The position numbers were made by a program, and so were the translations under genes. The notes under the pieces are model-generated. The model worked only from the letters and a program-made list of their open reading frames with translations. It was not told the DNA's origin and did no database searches. From Acidimicrobiia bacterium (lineage in GTDB: Bacteria; Actinomycetota; Acidimicrobiia; Spongiisociales; ZC4RG35): a DNA stretch of 64,000 nt. This document shows positions 9,751-23,276 of the stretch, one piece after another (within the stretch, counting starts at the first letter, position 1; each line of letters starts with the position of its first letter). The stretch is taken from the NCBI GenBank assembly GCA_046484325.1, contig JAWOJB010000063.1, positions 874 through 64,873 of the forward strand, written 5' to 3'.

Positions 9751-11034
9751 GTGCCGGATGTGGTCGTGGTGGGCGCCGGTGTGGCGGGTCTCGCGGCTGG
9801 CAGCGCCCTCTCCCGGGCGGGCATCGACGTCCTGGTCGTCGAAGCCCGGGGCCGGATCGGCGGACGCACCCACACGGATCGCACGCTCGGCGTCGACGTC
9901 GACCTCGGGGCGGCGTGGCTCCATGGGCCGCTCGGCAACCCGCTCACCCCGGTGATCGAGGCCGCCGGGGTGTCCGGCAGGTTCACCGCCTGGATGGACG
10001 ATCCCGAGGTCCTCCGGGTCGCCGACGCTTCGGGCAGCGCGATCGATCCGGGCGCCTTCGCCACCGGGGTTCAGGCCTTCTGGGCCGGGCTGGCGGCCTC
10101 CCGCCGGTCGGAGCTGTTCGGCGAGGATCCCGGCTCGGTGGCCGGGGCGGTGGCACGCGGGCTGCCGGGGCACGAGCGTCTCGACGACCAGCAGCGACGG
10201 GGGTTCGACTATGCCGCCTCCGTAGCCGTGCAGAGCCTCGAGGCCGCCGACCCCGAGCACCTCGATTGGTCCACCTTCGACGGCCTGGAGCTCCCGGGCG
10301 GCAACCTGATGCTCGTGCACGGCGGGTATGGCGCCGTCGTCGACCATCTGGCCGAGGGCGTGCCGGTCGAGACGTCGCTCCCGGTCGAGACGGTGAAGGG
10401 TTCAGCCGGTGGGGTGGTGCTGGAGACCTCCGACGGCGTGCTCCACCCGCGGGCGGCGATCCTCACGGTGCCCCTGGGAGTGTTGCAGGCCGGCTCCCTT
10501 CGCTTCGACCCACTGCTTCCCGCGGCCAAGCGCGACGCCGTCGGCCGCCTCGGCATGGGCCAGGCCGAGAAGGTGGTCCTCGGCTTCGCCGAACGCTCCT
10601 GGCCAGAGGCGCTCCAGACGCTCATCCGGCTGGACCCCGATCCGGAGTCGCCATTCCCTCACTTCACCGCCCTCCCCGGTGCACCGGTCCTCGTCGCCTA
10701 TCAGGGGGGACGGCGGGCCCGGGCGCTCGACCGGCTCGACGAGGCAGCGATCCGGCAGGCAGCGGTGGCGGCGGCCCGGACGGTGTTGGGGGCCGACCTG
10801 CCCGAGCCGGAGACCGTGTTCCGGACCTCGTGGAGCTCGGACCCCTGGAGCCGCGGGGCCTACTCCTACCACCGGGTGGGGTCCGGTCCCGGCGACCGAC
10901 GGCTCCTCGCCGAGCCCCTCGACGACACCGTGTTCTTCGCCGGCGAGGCGACGCACCCGGGCTGGTACGCCACCGTTCACGGCGCCTGGGAGTCGGGGGT
11001 CAGGGCGGCCCACCAGGTGCTGGCAGCCCTCTGA
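9751..11034 (+). CDS. flavin-containing amine oxidoreductase (polyamine/monoamine oxidase-like)
   Basis: VVVVGAGVAGLAAG dinucleotide fold, EARGRIGGR, and C-terminal FFAGEATHPGWYATVHGAWESG. Confidence 0.85.
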   Translation: MPDVVVVGAGVAGLAAGSALSRAGIDVLVVEARGRIGGRTHTDRTLGVDVDLGAAWLHGPLGNPLTPVIEAAGVSGRFTAWMDDPEVLRVADASGSAIDPGAFATGVQAFWAGLAASRRSELFGEDPGSVAGAVARGLPGHERLDDQQRRGFDYAASVAVQSLEAADPEHLDWSTFDGLELPGGNLMLVHGGYGAVVDHLAEGVPVETSLPVETVKGSAGGVVLETSDGVLHPRAAILTVPLGVLQAGSLRFDPLLPAAKRDAVGRLGMGQAEKVVLGFAERSWPEALQTLIRLDPDPESPFPHFTALPGAPVLVAYQGGRRARALDRLDEAAIRQAAVAAARTVLGADLPEPETVFRTSWSSDPWSRGAYSYHRVGSGPGDRRLLAEPLDDTVFFAGEATHPGWYATVHGAWESGVRAAHQVLAAL

Positions 11035-11044
11035 CTGCCGCCAC

Positions 11045-12646
11045 TCAGGCCATCGCCACCAGGCCGAGCATCGACTCGTCGAAGAACACCGTCTCGCCCT
11101 CGGGCATCATCACCGCCCGCTCCGGAGCGAGCTCGGCCACGAAGTCGGTGTCGTGGGACACGAGGAGGATGGTCCCCGAGTACTGGCGCAGCGCTCCGAG
11201 CAGGGCGTCCTTGGCCTGGGGATCGAGGTTGTTCGTAGGCTCGTCGAGCAGCAACACGTTCGGTCGGGCGGTCATGAGCATGGCGAGTGCCAGCTTGGTC
11301 TTCTCCCCGCCGGACAGGGTCGCGGCGTCCTGCTCGACCTTGTCGGCCAGCAAGAAGTGGCCGAGCAGGGTCCGGAGCTGGACATCCGGCAGATCGGATA
11401 CGTGGCGGAGGTGGTCGAGCACGGTCCGGCTCTCGACGATCTGCTCGTGCTCTTGGGCGTAATAGCCGAGGGCGGCCTCGTGCCCGATCGTGAGGTCGCC
11501 GAGATCGGGAGTCTCGACCCCGGCCAGGATCCGGAGGAGGGTGGTCTTGCCGGCCCCGTTCAACCCCATGATGAGCAGGCGCTCGCCCCGTTCCACGTCG
11601 ATGTCGACGTCGACGAAGACCAGGTTGTCCCCGAACGACTTGGCGAGCCCCGACCCCCGGAGCGGGGTCCGGCCCGACGGGCGCGGCTGCGGAAAGCGCA
11701 CGGCAACTCTCTTCCCCCGGGTCTGGACCTCGACGAGGTCCCGCTTGAGGCGCTCGGCCCGTGTCTCCATGGTCGATGCCCGGCGGGCCATCTTCTCGGT
11801 GGAGCCCTTGAACCGGCGCACGTTCTCCTCGAGCCGGGCGATCCGCTGCTCCTGGTGGCGGCGTTCCTTCTCGCGCTGCTCCCGCCGCTTCTCCCGCTCG
11901 ACCAAGTAGTGGGTGTAGTTGCCCCGGTACGGCTCGAGGGCCTCGTGCTCGAGGGCGAGCACGCTCGTGATCGCCTCGTCGAGCAGGGGAAGGTCGTGGG
12001 AGACCACGAGGAGGGCGCCCCGGTAGCCGGCCAGGTACTGCATCAGCCACGCCTTGGCGTCGAGGTCGAGGTGGTTCGTCGGCTCGTCGAGCAGCATCAC
12101 CTCGGTCTCGGCGAAGAGGATGCGAGCGAGCTCCACCCGCCGTCGCTGACCACCCGACATCGTGGCGACCGGCTGGGCCAGCTCGTCGTTGCCGATGCCG
12201 AGCGACGCAGCGACCCGCTTCCCCTCGGCCTCGGCGATGAACCCTCCCCTCGCCTCGAACTCCTCCTGGAGGCGGGAGAAGCGGGCGATCGCCCGATCTC
12301 GTGGGTCGCCGTCGAGTCGCTCGATCTTGCGTCTGGTCTCCTCGATGCGACGCAGCAGGGCCCCGATGTCCCTGGCGGCCAGCACCCGCTCGACGGCGGT
12401 CATGTCCGGCCGCTCGAGATCGGGGAGCGCCGCCTCCTGCGAGAAGTAACCCAGGTTGCCCGAGCGGATCACGGTGCCGGCGGCGGGCGGCACGTAGCCG
12501 ACCAGGGTTCGGAGCAGGGTGGTCTTGCCCGCCCCGTTGCGCCCGACCAGGCCGACCTTGTCACCTCGCTGCAGACTGAACGAGGCCCCCTCGATCAGTA
12601 ACCGGGGGCCGACGTCGATGCGGAGGTCATGGACGACGAGCGACAT
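11045..12646 (-). CDS. ABC-F family ATPase (two ABC cassettes, no TM domain)
   Basis: 533 aa. Two Walker A motifs (GRNGAGKTTLL, GLNGAGKTTLL), two LSGG signatures (MSGGQRRR, LSGGEKTK) and an inter-cassette linker rich in E/R. Confidence 0.9.
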   Translation of the reverse strand: MSLVVHDLRIDVGPRLLIEGASFSLQRGDKVGLVGRNGAGKTTLLRTLVGYVPPAAGTVIRSGNLGYFSQEAALPDLERPDMTAVERVLAARDIGALLRRIEETRRKIERLDGDPRDRAIARFSRLQEEFEARGGFIAEAEGKRVAASLGIGNDELAQPVATMSGGQRRRVELARILFAETEVMLLDEPTNHLDLDAKAWLMQYLAGYRGALLVVSHDLPLLDEAITSVLALEHEALEPYRGNYTHYLVEREKRREQREKERRHQEQRIARLEENVRRFKGSTEKMARRASTMETRAERLKRDLVEVQTRGKRVAVRFPQPRPSGRTPLRGSGLAKSFGDNLVFVDVDIDVERGERLLIMGLNGAGKTTLLRILAGVETPDLGDLTIGHEAALGYYAQEHEQIVESRTVLDHLRHVSDLPDVQLRTLLGHFLLADKVEQDAATLSGGEKTKLALAMLMTARPNVLLLDEPTNNLDPQAKDALLGALRQYSGTILLVSHDTDFVAELAPERAVMMPEGETVFFDESMLGLVAMA

Positions 12647-12688
12647 GAGCGGTGGGCTGTGCGCAGTGCGCCTTGCGGATTCGTTGTT

Positions 12689-13552
12689 TCAGCGTAGGGC
12701 GTGGGACGTGGGACCCGACGCGACTTTCTCCCACCAGACCGTGGTCAGCTCCCGGACGTCCTCACCCACCACCAGCCGCCCGTCGGGCAGCTCCCTCACC
12801 GCGGGCTCGATGAGAGCCTCGAGCTCGGGCCTCCGCTCCGGAGGGAGCACCAGGCGTCGGGCGTAGAACCCGACGATCTCGTCCCGGCTCTCGAACCACA
12901 GCCCACCCGGCCGCTTCCACCGCTCCACGGCGGGCGTCACCTCGCACACCTCGGAGGCCACCGCCACGAAGTCCCCGTCCGTGGGGCCGGTGGGGCGGTC
13001 GAGCCCGTGCAACTCTCGGAACCAGGGGGCGAGGCCGCTCCACGGATGGGACCGGGTCAGCTCGACCACCACCCCGCGCCGGGCCACGTCCTCCATCGCT
13101 CGGAGGAATGGGCCCAAGTCGGCAACGTCGTACACGACGTGGGCGGACAGCGCCACGTCGACCGACCCCGCCACCGAGGCCAGGTCGGGCCAGGGCCCCT
13201 CCAGCACCCGGATGGCGAGCCTCCGGGACGCCGCCTCCTCGCGCAACGCCGCCGCCATCCCGGCGTCCCGTTCGACCGCCGTCAGGAGGTGTCCCTCGAC
13301 GGCTAGAGGGAGGGAAGCACGGCCGGTCCCCGCTCCGACGTCGAGTAGCGCCCCGCCGTCGCCGAGCAGATGGCGGGCGACGACGGTGGTGGCGGTCTCC
13401 CCGCCCTCTACCTCGGCCCGGTGCAAGCGGCGCCGCCACAGGCCGGCCGGCCATTCGTACGGGGAGTCCTCGACGGCCGCCAGCAGTCGGTCGGGGATCG
13501 CCCACGCCTCGAGCTGGTCGCGCCAACGGCGGGCCGCCGGTCCCTCGCTCAC
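12689..13552 (-). CDS. class I SAM-dependent methyltransferase
   Basis: LLDVGAGTGRASLPLA motif I followed by LTAVERD. 4-nt overlap with the upstream amidase gene. Confidence 0.7.
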   Translation of the reverse strand: MSEGPAARRWRDQLEAWAIPDRLLAAVEDSPYEWPAGLWRRRLHRAEVEGGETATTVVARHLLGDGGALLDVGAGTGRASLPLAVEGHLLTAVERDAGMAAALREEAASRRLAIRVLEGPWPDLASVAGSVDVALSAHVVYDVADLGPFLRAMEDVARRGVVVELTRSHPWSGLAPWFRELHGLDRPTGPTDGDFVAVASEVCEVTPAVERWKRPGGLWFESRDEIVGFYARRLVLPPERRPELEALIEPAVRELPDGRLVVGEDVRELTTVWWEKVASGPTSHALR

Positions 13553-14394
13553 CGCAGCCCTGCGAACAGGTCATCCTCCCGATCGGGCGCCTCGACCCGG
13601 CTGAAGACCCGGACGAACGCCTCCCTCCCCAGCACCTCGGGCTTGACCTCGTCGGGGACGCTGATGAGGAACCAGTCCTCGGGGATCTGGCTGCGGTGGG
13701 CCCGGAGCGCCCGCTCCTTGCGATCGACCCGGTCGGTGACGTCGATCCAGGCGGTGACGTCACGATCTGGCACCCCGGCCGAACGCGCCCGCTCGAGCTC
13801 CTCGTCATCGATCATGCCCATCGCGTGCCGCATCTCGGCGAACCTCACCACCCGGCTCCGCGCCCACGCCGTCCAGTAGAGCTTCGAGGGCTCCCAAGCC
13901 TCCTCGTCCTCCCCGAGTGGGAATCGGGAGAGGTCGGAGACACCGATGTAGGCGGCGACACCGATCCGGTGGACGTTGATGTGATCGGGGTGCCCGTACC
14001 CTCCGAACGGGTCGTAGACCAACATCACCTCGGGTCGGTAACGCCGGATGAGGCGGATCAGGCGAGCGGTGGCGTCCATGAAGTCGGCCTGCCAGAACGC
14101 CTCGGGGTGGCGGTTGGCATCCGTCCCCATCATCCCCGAGTCGCGGTACCCGAGGAACTCGTGGTGGTCGACGCCGAGGATGTCGAGGGCAGATCGCACC
14201 TCCCCTGCCCGCACCTCGGCGAGTCGTGGGCGGATCGCCTCGGGCTGCTCGTAGTTGTGGATCTCGCCCTCGGCCCCGTCGGTGGCGGTGACGACCACCA
14301 CCTGCTCGCCCGCCTCTGCGTAGCGCGAGAGCGTGCCGCCGGTGGAGATGACCTCGTCGTCGGGATGGGCGTGGAACGCCATGAGACCGGGCAT
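13549..14394 (-). CDS. PIG-L family deacetylase/amidase, Mca/MshB-like
   Basis: Track ORF 13549..14976 trimmed to ATG 14394. Contains MAFHAHPDDE, GGYGHPDHI, RAHRSQI and a C-terminal DLFAGL like mycothiol conjugate amidase. The upstream part of the track ORF runs through the repeat array. Confidence 0.85.
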   Translation of the reverse strand: MPGLMAFHAHPDDEVISTGGTLSRYAEAGEQVVVVTATDGAEGEIHNYEQPEAIRPRLAEVRAGEVRSALDILGVDHHEFLGYRDSGMMGTDANRHPEAFWQADFMDATARLIRLIRRYRPEVMLVYDPFGGYGHPDHINVHRIGVAAYIGVSDLSRFPLGEDEEAWEPSKLYWTAWARSRVVRFAEMRHAMGMIDDEELERARSAGVPDRDVTAWIDVTDRVDRKERALRAHRSQIPEDWFLISVPDEVKPEVLGREAFVRVFSRVEAPDREDDLFAGLR

Positions 14395-14458
14395 GAGAGG
14401 CGAGGGTAGCGAGAGGCGAGAGGCAAGAGGCGAGAGGCAAGTGGCGAGAAGCAGGAGG
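14395..14458. repeat. purine-rich imperfect microsatellite, GAGAGGC(R)A-like units
   Basis: The sequence is gagaggcgagggtagcgagaggcgagaggcaagaggcgagaggcaagtggcgagaagcaggagg. It abuts the amidase start codon directly. Confidence 0.8.
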
Positions 14459-14470
14459 TCGTGGACAGGC

Positions 14471-14757
14471 GGTCCCCCTACCCCGCGGCTGTCGCCGCGG
14501 GGGCCCCTTCCCCCACTCCGTGGGGGACAAAGCGCACATTGCATCGCCCACGGCCCACCGCTGCCTTCCTGGTTTGTCCCCTTCCCCCACTCCGTGGGGG
14601 ACAAAGCGCACACCGCATCGCCCACGGCCCACCGCTGCCTTCCTGGTTTGTCCCCTTCCCCCACTCCGTGGGGGACAAAGCGCACAGCGCATTGCCCACG
14701 GCCCACCGCTGCCGTCCTGGTTTGTCCCGTTCCCCCACTTCGTGGGGGACAGAGCGA
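14471..14757 (+). repeat. structured repeat family A: head + hairpin H1 + 3.4 tandem 74-bp units
   Basis: Head GGTCCCCCTACC at 14471-14482. H1 is CCCCGCGG-ctgtcg-CCGCGGGG at 14481-14502. Units lie at 14504-14577, 14578-14651 and 14652-14725 (2-4 mismatches between them), with a partial unit to about 14757. Each unit begins with CCCCCAC-tcc-GTGGGGG. Confidence 0.9.
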
Positions 14758-14956
14758 CGTACGACTGGAACGTGAGACGTGCGCCCACCTTTCATCCCGC
14801 CGACCATCTGCGGCCACCGAGCGTCCACCTCGGTCCGATAGACATGGGGGTGCGGCGTCGAACCTCCGGCGTCGATCCCTCCTCCCGGGGAACGAGCGGG
14901 GCGGCACCTCTCGGTGACCGCCCCGCATCCGTTTCTGCCGGTAGCCTCGCCCCCGC

Positions 14957-15394
14957 ATGCCTTCCGAGCGATTCACCCATCAGGCAGTCGCCACCGCCCC
15001 CATCCATCGCGCATGGGAGGCGCTGCAACGGGCCGAGACGTGGGCGTCGATCGGGGGTGTCGACGAGGTGTTCGACGTCGAGCACGACGATGCCGGACAC
15101 CTGATGGGCTACCACTTCCACGTGAGGGCGGCGGGCCGACGATTCCGCGGCAAGGCGACCGCCGTCGAGGCGGTTCAGCCGGGGCTCATGGCCGTCGACA
15201 TCGACTCGTCCGAGATGCTCGGGCGGATCACGGTGGAACTCACCGAGGCGAGCGAGCACACCACGGTGACGGTGACGGTCGACGCCTCCGCCAAGGGCAT
15301 CCTGTCGAGCATGTTCTTCGGGGTCGTGGCAAGGGCGATCGGGAGCGGCCTCCCCGAGAGCGTCGAGGGCTTCGCCGCCCGGTTGTCGGCCTGA
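14957..15394 (+). CDS. SRPBCC-superfamily (polyketide cyclase/CoxG-like) protein
   Basis: 145 aa. The pattern (FTHQAVATAPIHRAWEALQRAETWASIGG, beta-rich core, C-terminal helix) fits START/SRPBCC proteins. Confidence 0.65.
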   Translation: MPSERFTHQAVATAPIHRAWEALQRAETWASIGGVDEVFDVEHDDAGHLMGYHFHVRAAGRRFRGKATAVEAVQPGLMAVDIDSSEMLGRITVELTEASEHTTVTVTVDASAKGILSSMFFGVVARAIGSGLPESVEGFAARLSA

Positions 15395-15403
15395 CGGCCC
15401 GGC

Positions 15404-15741
15404 TCAGCGGCCGAACTCGGCCTCGGTCTCCTCGAGAGCACGCAGCTCTTCGGCGAGCTGAGTGGCGGCGTCCCGGCCGCCCTCACTGATCTGGGCCCGG
15501 TCGGTCAGGAGCGTCACCCGGTTGTCGAGCACCTGGAGGAAGCCCCCGTGTACCCCCACCGTGGTCCGGCTCGTCCCGTGCTCGATGATGACGGCGCCGG
15601 TCGTCAGCGCCGCCATGACCGGCTCGTGGTCGGCCAGGATCCCGATCTCCCCCTCGGTGGTTCGGGCGACGAGGAACTCGGCCTCGCCGCTCCAAACGAC
15701 AGCCTCGGGGGAGACCACGTCGACGGCGAAGAGCTTCGCCA

Positions 15742-15742
<1 letters not shown>
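15404..15742 (-). CDS. atpC: F1 ATP synthase epsilon subunit
   Basis: Trimmed to ATG 15742 (MAKLFAVDVVSPE), which overlaps the atpD stop (ATGA). Last gene of the operon. Confidence 0.9.
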
Positions 15743-18090
<2,348 letters not shown>

Positions 18091-19605
18091 TCAGTCCGTG
18101 GAGAACGACTCGACGAACTCGCGGATGGCGGCGTCGAAATCGTTGGTGTCGGGCAGGTCGCCGGTGTTCGTGATGTGGTCGAGGAGGTGTCCCCGCCGGG
18201 CTCTCATCCATGCCCGGAGCTCCCGCTCGAAACGCTGGATGTCATCGACCGGGATCGAGTCCATGAAGCCGTTGGTCACGGCGTAGATCGCCAGCACCTG
18301 CTCGTCCACCGGCACCGGGGCATACTGCGGCTGCTTCAGCACCTCGACGACCCGGGCACCCCGCTCGAGCTGGGCTGCCGAGGTGGCGTCGAGCTCCGAG
18401 CCGAACTGGGCGAAGGCCTCGAGCTCGCGGAACTGGGCCAGGTTGATCCGTAGCGGGCCGGCCACCTTCTTCATCGCCTTGATCTGGGCGGCGCCACCGA
18501 CCCGGGACACCGAGATGCCGGCGTTGATGGCAGGCCGGATGCCCGAGTAGAAGAGGTCGGTCTCGAGGAAGATCTGGCCGTCGGTGATCGAGATCACGTT
18601 CGTCGGGATGTAGGCCGACACGTCGCCGGCCTTGGTCTCGACGATCGGGAGCCCGGTCATCGAGCCTGCGCCGAGCTCGTCGGACAGCTTGGCGCAGCGT
18701 TCGAGGAGCCGGGAGTGCAGGTAGAAGACGTCGCCGGGGTACGCCTCGCGGCCGGGGGGCCTGCGCAGCAGGAGCGAGATCTCCCGGTAGGCCACCGCCT
18801 GCTTGGACAGGTCGTCGAACACGATGAGGGCGTGCCCGCCCTCGTACATCCAGTACTGGCCGATGGCCGACCCGGCGTAGGGGGCATACATCTGGTGGGC
18901 GGCCGGCGAGGCGGCCGAGGCGTTGACCACGACGGTGTACTCCATGGCGCCGTGCTCCTCCAGCGCCGCCACCACCTCGGCCACGGTGGACGCCTTCTGG
19001 CCGATGGCCACGTAGATGCACTTCACCCCCTGGCCCTTCTGGTTGATGATGGCGTCCACGGCGACGGCGGTCTTGCCGGTCTGGCGGTCGCCGATGATGA
19101 GCTCCCGCTGCCCTCGACCCACCGGCGTCATGGCGTCGATGGCCTTGATGCCGGTCTGGAGGGGCTGGTGCACGGGTTTCCGCTCCACCACCGACGGGGC
19201 GACTACCTCGAGGCGACGACGCTCGTCGGTGACGATCGGCCCTTTGCCATCGATCGGGTTGCCGAGCGGGTCGATGACGCGCCCGAGCAGACCGTCGCCC
19301 ACCCCGATCTCCAACACCCGGCCGGTCTGCCGTACCGGCGAACCCTCCTCGATGTGGTTGGACTCGCCCATGAGGACGACGCCGATCGAGTCCTCATCGA
19401 GGTTGAGGGCGACCCCCTGGAGCCCCCCGGGCAGCTCGAGCAGCTCGGAGGCCATCGCGTTGGGGAGGCCCCTCACCCGGGCCACGCCGTCGGCGATCGA
19501 GGTCACATAGCCGACCGTGTCCTTGGAGATCCCTGGCTCCCAACCCTCCAGGTTGCGGCGGAGGGCCTCGGTGATGTCGTGGGCGGTGATCGTCATCTCG
19601 GACAT
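18091..19605 (-). CDS. atpA: F1 ATP synthase alpha subunit
   Basis: 504 aa with [10 protein letters not shown] Walker A. Confidence 0.97.
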   Translation of the reverse strand: MSEMTITAHDITEALRRNLEGWEPGISKDTVGYVTSIADGVARVRGLPNAMASELLELPGGLQGVALNLDEDSIGVVLMGESNHIEEGSPVRQTGRVLEIGVGDGLLGRVIDPLGNPIDGKGPIVTDERRRLEVVAPSVVERKPVHQPLQTGIKAIDAMTPVGRGQRELIIGDRQTGKTAVAVDAIINQKGQGVKCIYVAIGQKASTVAEVVAALEEHGAMEYTVVVNASAASPAAHQMYAPYAGSAIGQYWMYEGGHALIVFDDLSKQAVAYREISLLLRRPPGREAYPGDVFYLHSRLLERCAKLSDELGAGSMTGLPIVETKAGDVSAYIPTNVISITDGQIFLETDLFYSGIRPAINAGISVSRVGGAAQIKAMKKVAGPLRINLAQFRELEAFAQFGSELDATSAAQLERGARVVEVLKQPQYAPVPVDEQVLAIYAVTNGFMDSIPVDDIQRFERELRAWMRARRGHLLDHITNTGDLPDTNDFDAAIREFVESFSTD

Positions 19606-19616
19606 GGTCTGGTACC

Positions 19617-20150
19617 TCAGCGGGTCTGGAGAGCGGAACGGAGGGAATCGAGACGGCGGCGGACGGACCCGTCGATGACGGTGTCGCCGACCCGGGCGAC
19701 GACGCCCCCGACCACGGTCGGGTCCACGACCACCTTCACCTCCAGCCGCTTGCCGGTGGCCCGGCCCAGCACTTCGGCGAGACGGGCGATGGTGGCGTCG
19801 TCGAGCGGCACCGCCGTCCGGACCTCTGCCACCTCGCTCTGGCGGCCGGCGGCCGCGACGGTGACGAGTCGGTCGGCGATCGCGGGAATCGAGGAGGCAA
19901 GGCCCTGGGCCGCGATGAAGCCGACCAGGTTGACGGTCGTGTCCGAGGCGCGACCTCCGAGGAGGTCGTCGAGGATCGCCCGCTGCCGTTCGACCGGCAA
20001 TCGCGGGTCCGAGATGGCGTCACGCAGCTCGGCGGAGGACTCCATCGTGCGCGCCAGCGTGTGCATCTCGCGCTCGACGACCTCGGCCTCGCCCTCGGCG
20101 GCGGCCAGTTCGAGGATGGCGGCGGCGTATCCGTCGATGCGATCCGGCAC
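19617..20150 (-). CDS. atpH: F1 ATP synthase delta (OSCP) subunit
   Basis: 177 aa. Called from operon position and the C-terminal [14 protein letters not shown] motif. Confidence 0.85.
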   Translation of the reverse strand: MPDRIDGYAAAILELAAAEGEAEVVEREMHTLARTMESSAELRDAISDPRLPVERQRAILDDLLGGRASDTTVNLVGFIAAQGLASSIPAIADRLVTVAAAGRQSEVAEVRTAVPLDDATIARLAEVLGRATGKRLEVKVVVDPTVVGGVVARVGDTVIDGSVRRRLDSLRSALQTR

Positions 20151-20693
20151 CTAGGTTCGCTCCAGCTCGGCCAGATAGCGCTCGACCAGGCCCAGCTGGG
20201 CCTCACGATCGAGGCTCCCGGCGACGACCTTCTCGGCCAGGTCGATCGACAGATCGGTGACCTCCTGGCGGGCGTCGGCCATCACCCTCGCCCGCTCGGC
20301 GGTGGCCTCCGACCTCGCCTTCGTCACGATTTCCTCGGCATCGGCCTGAGCTCGTGCCAGCAGATCGGCCCGCATCCCGTCGGCCTCGGCCCGCGCCTCT
20401 TCGAGCATCTCGTTCCGGCGGGCCTGCGCCTCTGCCATCTGCGTTCGGTAGTCCTCGAGCAGCGACTCGGCCTCGGTCTTCGCCTTCTCCGCCTCGGCCA
20501 GCCGTCCCGACACGGCCTGCTGCTGGGCCTCCAGCGCCCGGCTGATCGCCGGCCATGCCCACAGCCGGACGAAGAAGAACACGATCGCGAAGGCGATGAT
20601 GCCGCCGACGAGCTCCGGCCAGGCAGGGAGCAGCAGGTCGATGCCGCTGGCCTCCTCGTCGGCCGCCAGAACCATGATCTCGGTGGACGTCAT
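20151..20693 (-). CDS. atpF: Fo ATP synthase b subunit
   Basis: 180 aa. One N-terminal TM helix followed by a long charged coiled coil, in the expected operon position. Confidence 0.85.
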   Translation of the reverse strand: MTSTEIMVLAADEEASGIDLLLPAWPELVGGIIAFAIVFFFVRLWAWPAISRALEAQQQAVSGRLAEAEKAKTEAESLLEDYRTQMAEAQARRNEMLEEARAEADGMRADLLARAQADAEEIVTKARSEATAERARVMADARQEVTDLSIDLAEKVVAGSLDREAQLGLVERYLAELERT

Positions 20694-20703
20694 CGGATCT
20701 CCC

Positions 20704-22239
<1,536 letters not shown>

Positions 22240-22243
<4 letters not shown>

Positions 22244-22506
22244 CGGCCCTCCTCGAGGCGCTTCGAGTAGCGCCACAACTTCATGAAGCCGCCGTACGAG
22301 CCCAGGACGATGCCCACCACGATCGGCCAGGGCCCGGTGTCGAGCCACCGGTCGACGAGGAACCCGATGAGGAACCCGGCAAGGATCGACTCGAGGAAGG
22401 AACCGGTCACCGTCCAGCCGTCGCCGGCTGCGTACGTGCCTCGAACGCGACCGGGCAGCCGTTCGGCAGGGATCTGGCTCTGGTCGGCATCGGGCGTCGA
22501 AGGCAT
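22240..22506 (-). CDS. AtpZ/ATPase_gene1-like small membrane protein
   Basis: Trimmed to ATG 22506. Two helices (FLESILAGFLIGFLVDRWL, WPIVVGIVLGSYGGFMKLW), resembling the small protein often found upstream of atpI. Confidence 0.6.
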
Positions 22507-22595
22507 CACAAGGGGGTCGGGCACCCGGCCCACGACTGTAGGCCCCGGGTCGGCACCGGCCAAACCCGCATCGGCCGACGAACCCCGCCGACAGG

Positions 22596-23180
22596 TCACC
22601 GAGCGGGAGGGTCCTCGCCGGTGAGCCGGCGGTAGGCGGCGGCCAGGTCATCCGGCCCGGCGTCGGCGATGGTGACCATGCGGAGTTCCCCGTCGAAGAG
22701 CGCCCAGGCCAGGGCCTCGGCGGCGTGCTCGGTGCCGCGGAGCTCCCAGGGAGCTGCCGGCCCGGACCACACATCGAGCCCGCGGAGTGCCATGAACTCG
22801 CGGCGGTCGTCGGCGGACAGGAAGGCATCGGTCCACGCATGGGCGAGCTCGTGCAGGATGGTCTTCCTGGCGGCGGTCTCGTCCAGAGGCCCCGACGGGC
22901 ACAGGTCGATGTGAGCAGCAGGGTGGTCCCGAAACAACCCGGGGTTGCCGTCGCACGGCCCGTCGGTCGGTGAGAAGGCGATGATGACCGGCGGCAGTTC
23001 GAGGCCGGCGGCGACGTACCGGCCGATCGCCCAGTCGACCAGCCGCTGCTGGTCGGGGTCGACGGCACCCTCGAGGATCACCGGGGAAGCGGGCGGCTCG
23101 CCGCTCGGAGCGAGACCTTCGGCGTTCCCTCCGAGGCCGAGGCCCATGGCCAGGACGAGAGGGAGGATGATCCGGTACAT
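22596..23180 (-). CDS. secreted HExxH protein (putative Zn-metallopeptidase-like), function unknown
   Basis: Trimmed to ATG 23180 (MYRIILPLVLAMGLGLGG, signal-peptide-like). Contains a HELAH motif. Confidence 0.5.
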   Translation of the reverse strand: MYRIILPLVLAMGLGLGGNAEGLAPSGEPPASPVILEGAVDPDQQRLVDWAIGRYVAAGLELPPVIIAFSPTDGPCDGNPGLFRDHPAAHIDLCPSGPLDETAARKTILHELAHAWTDAFLSADDRREFMALRGLDVWSGPAAPWELRGTEHAAEALAWALFDGELRMVTIADAGPDDLAAAYRRLTGEDPPAR

Positions 23181-23276
23181 GGCCCCACCGTCCGGGACGG
23201 CGTGTGGGGGACCGGTGCGACGGCCGTGCAGGCCTGGTGCAGACGGCCGACACGGCCCGACCGGTGCGCGCTGACC

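Noticed and set aside
14504-14757. Possible CRISPR array (regularly spaced GC-rich palindromic repeats)
   Set aside because: The 74-bp units are contiguous and near-identical over their full length. There are no unique spacers between repeats, and no cas genes are present in the window.
14461-14775. 104-aa ORF with an excellent AGGAGG-N2-GTG start reading through the repeat array
   Set aside because: Because the period is 74 bp, the frame rotates through all three phases of the repeat. The product is Pro/Arg/Cys-rich and resembles no protein family. I keep it only as a note under the microsatellite finding.
13549-14976. 475-aa version of the amidase ORF extending across the repeats
   Set aside because: Homology to the PIG-L/Mca family begins at MPGLMAFHAHPDDE (ATG 14394). 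The upstream 194 codons are translation of the repeat array.
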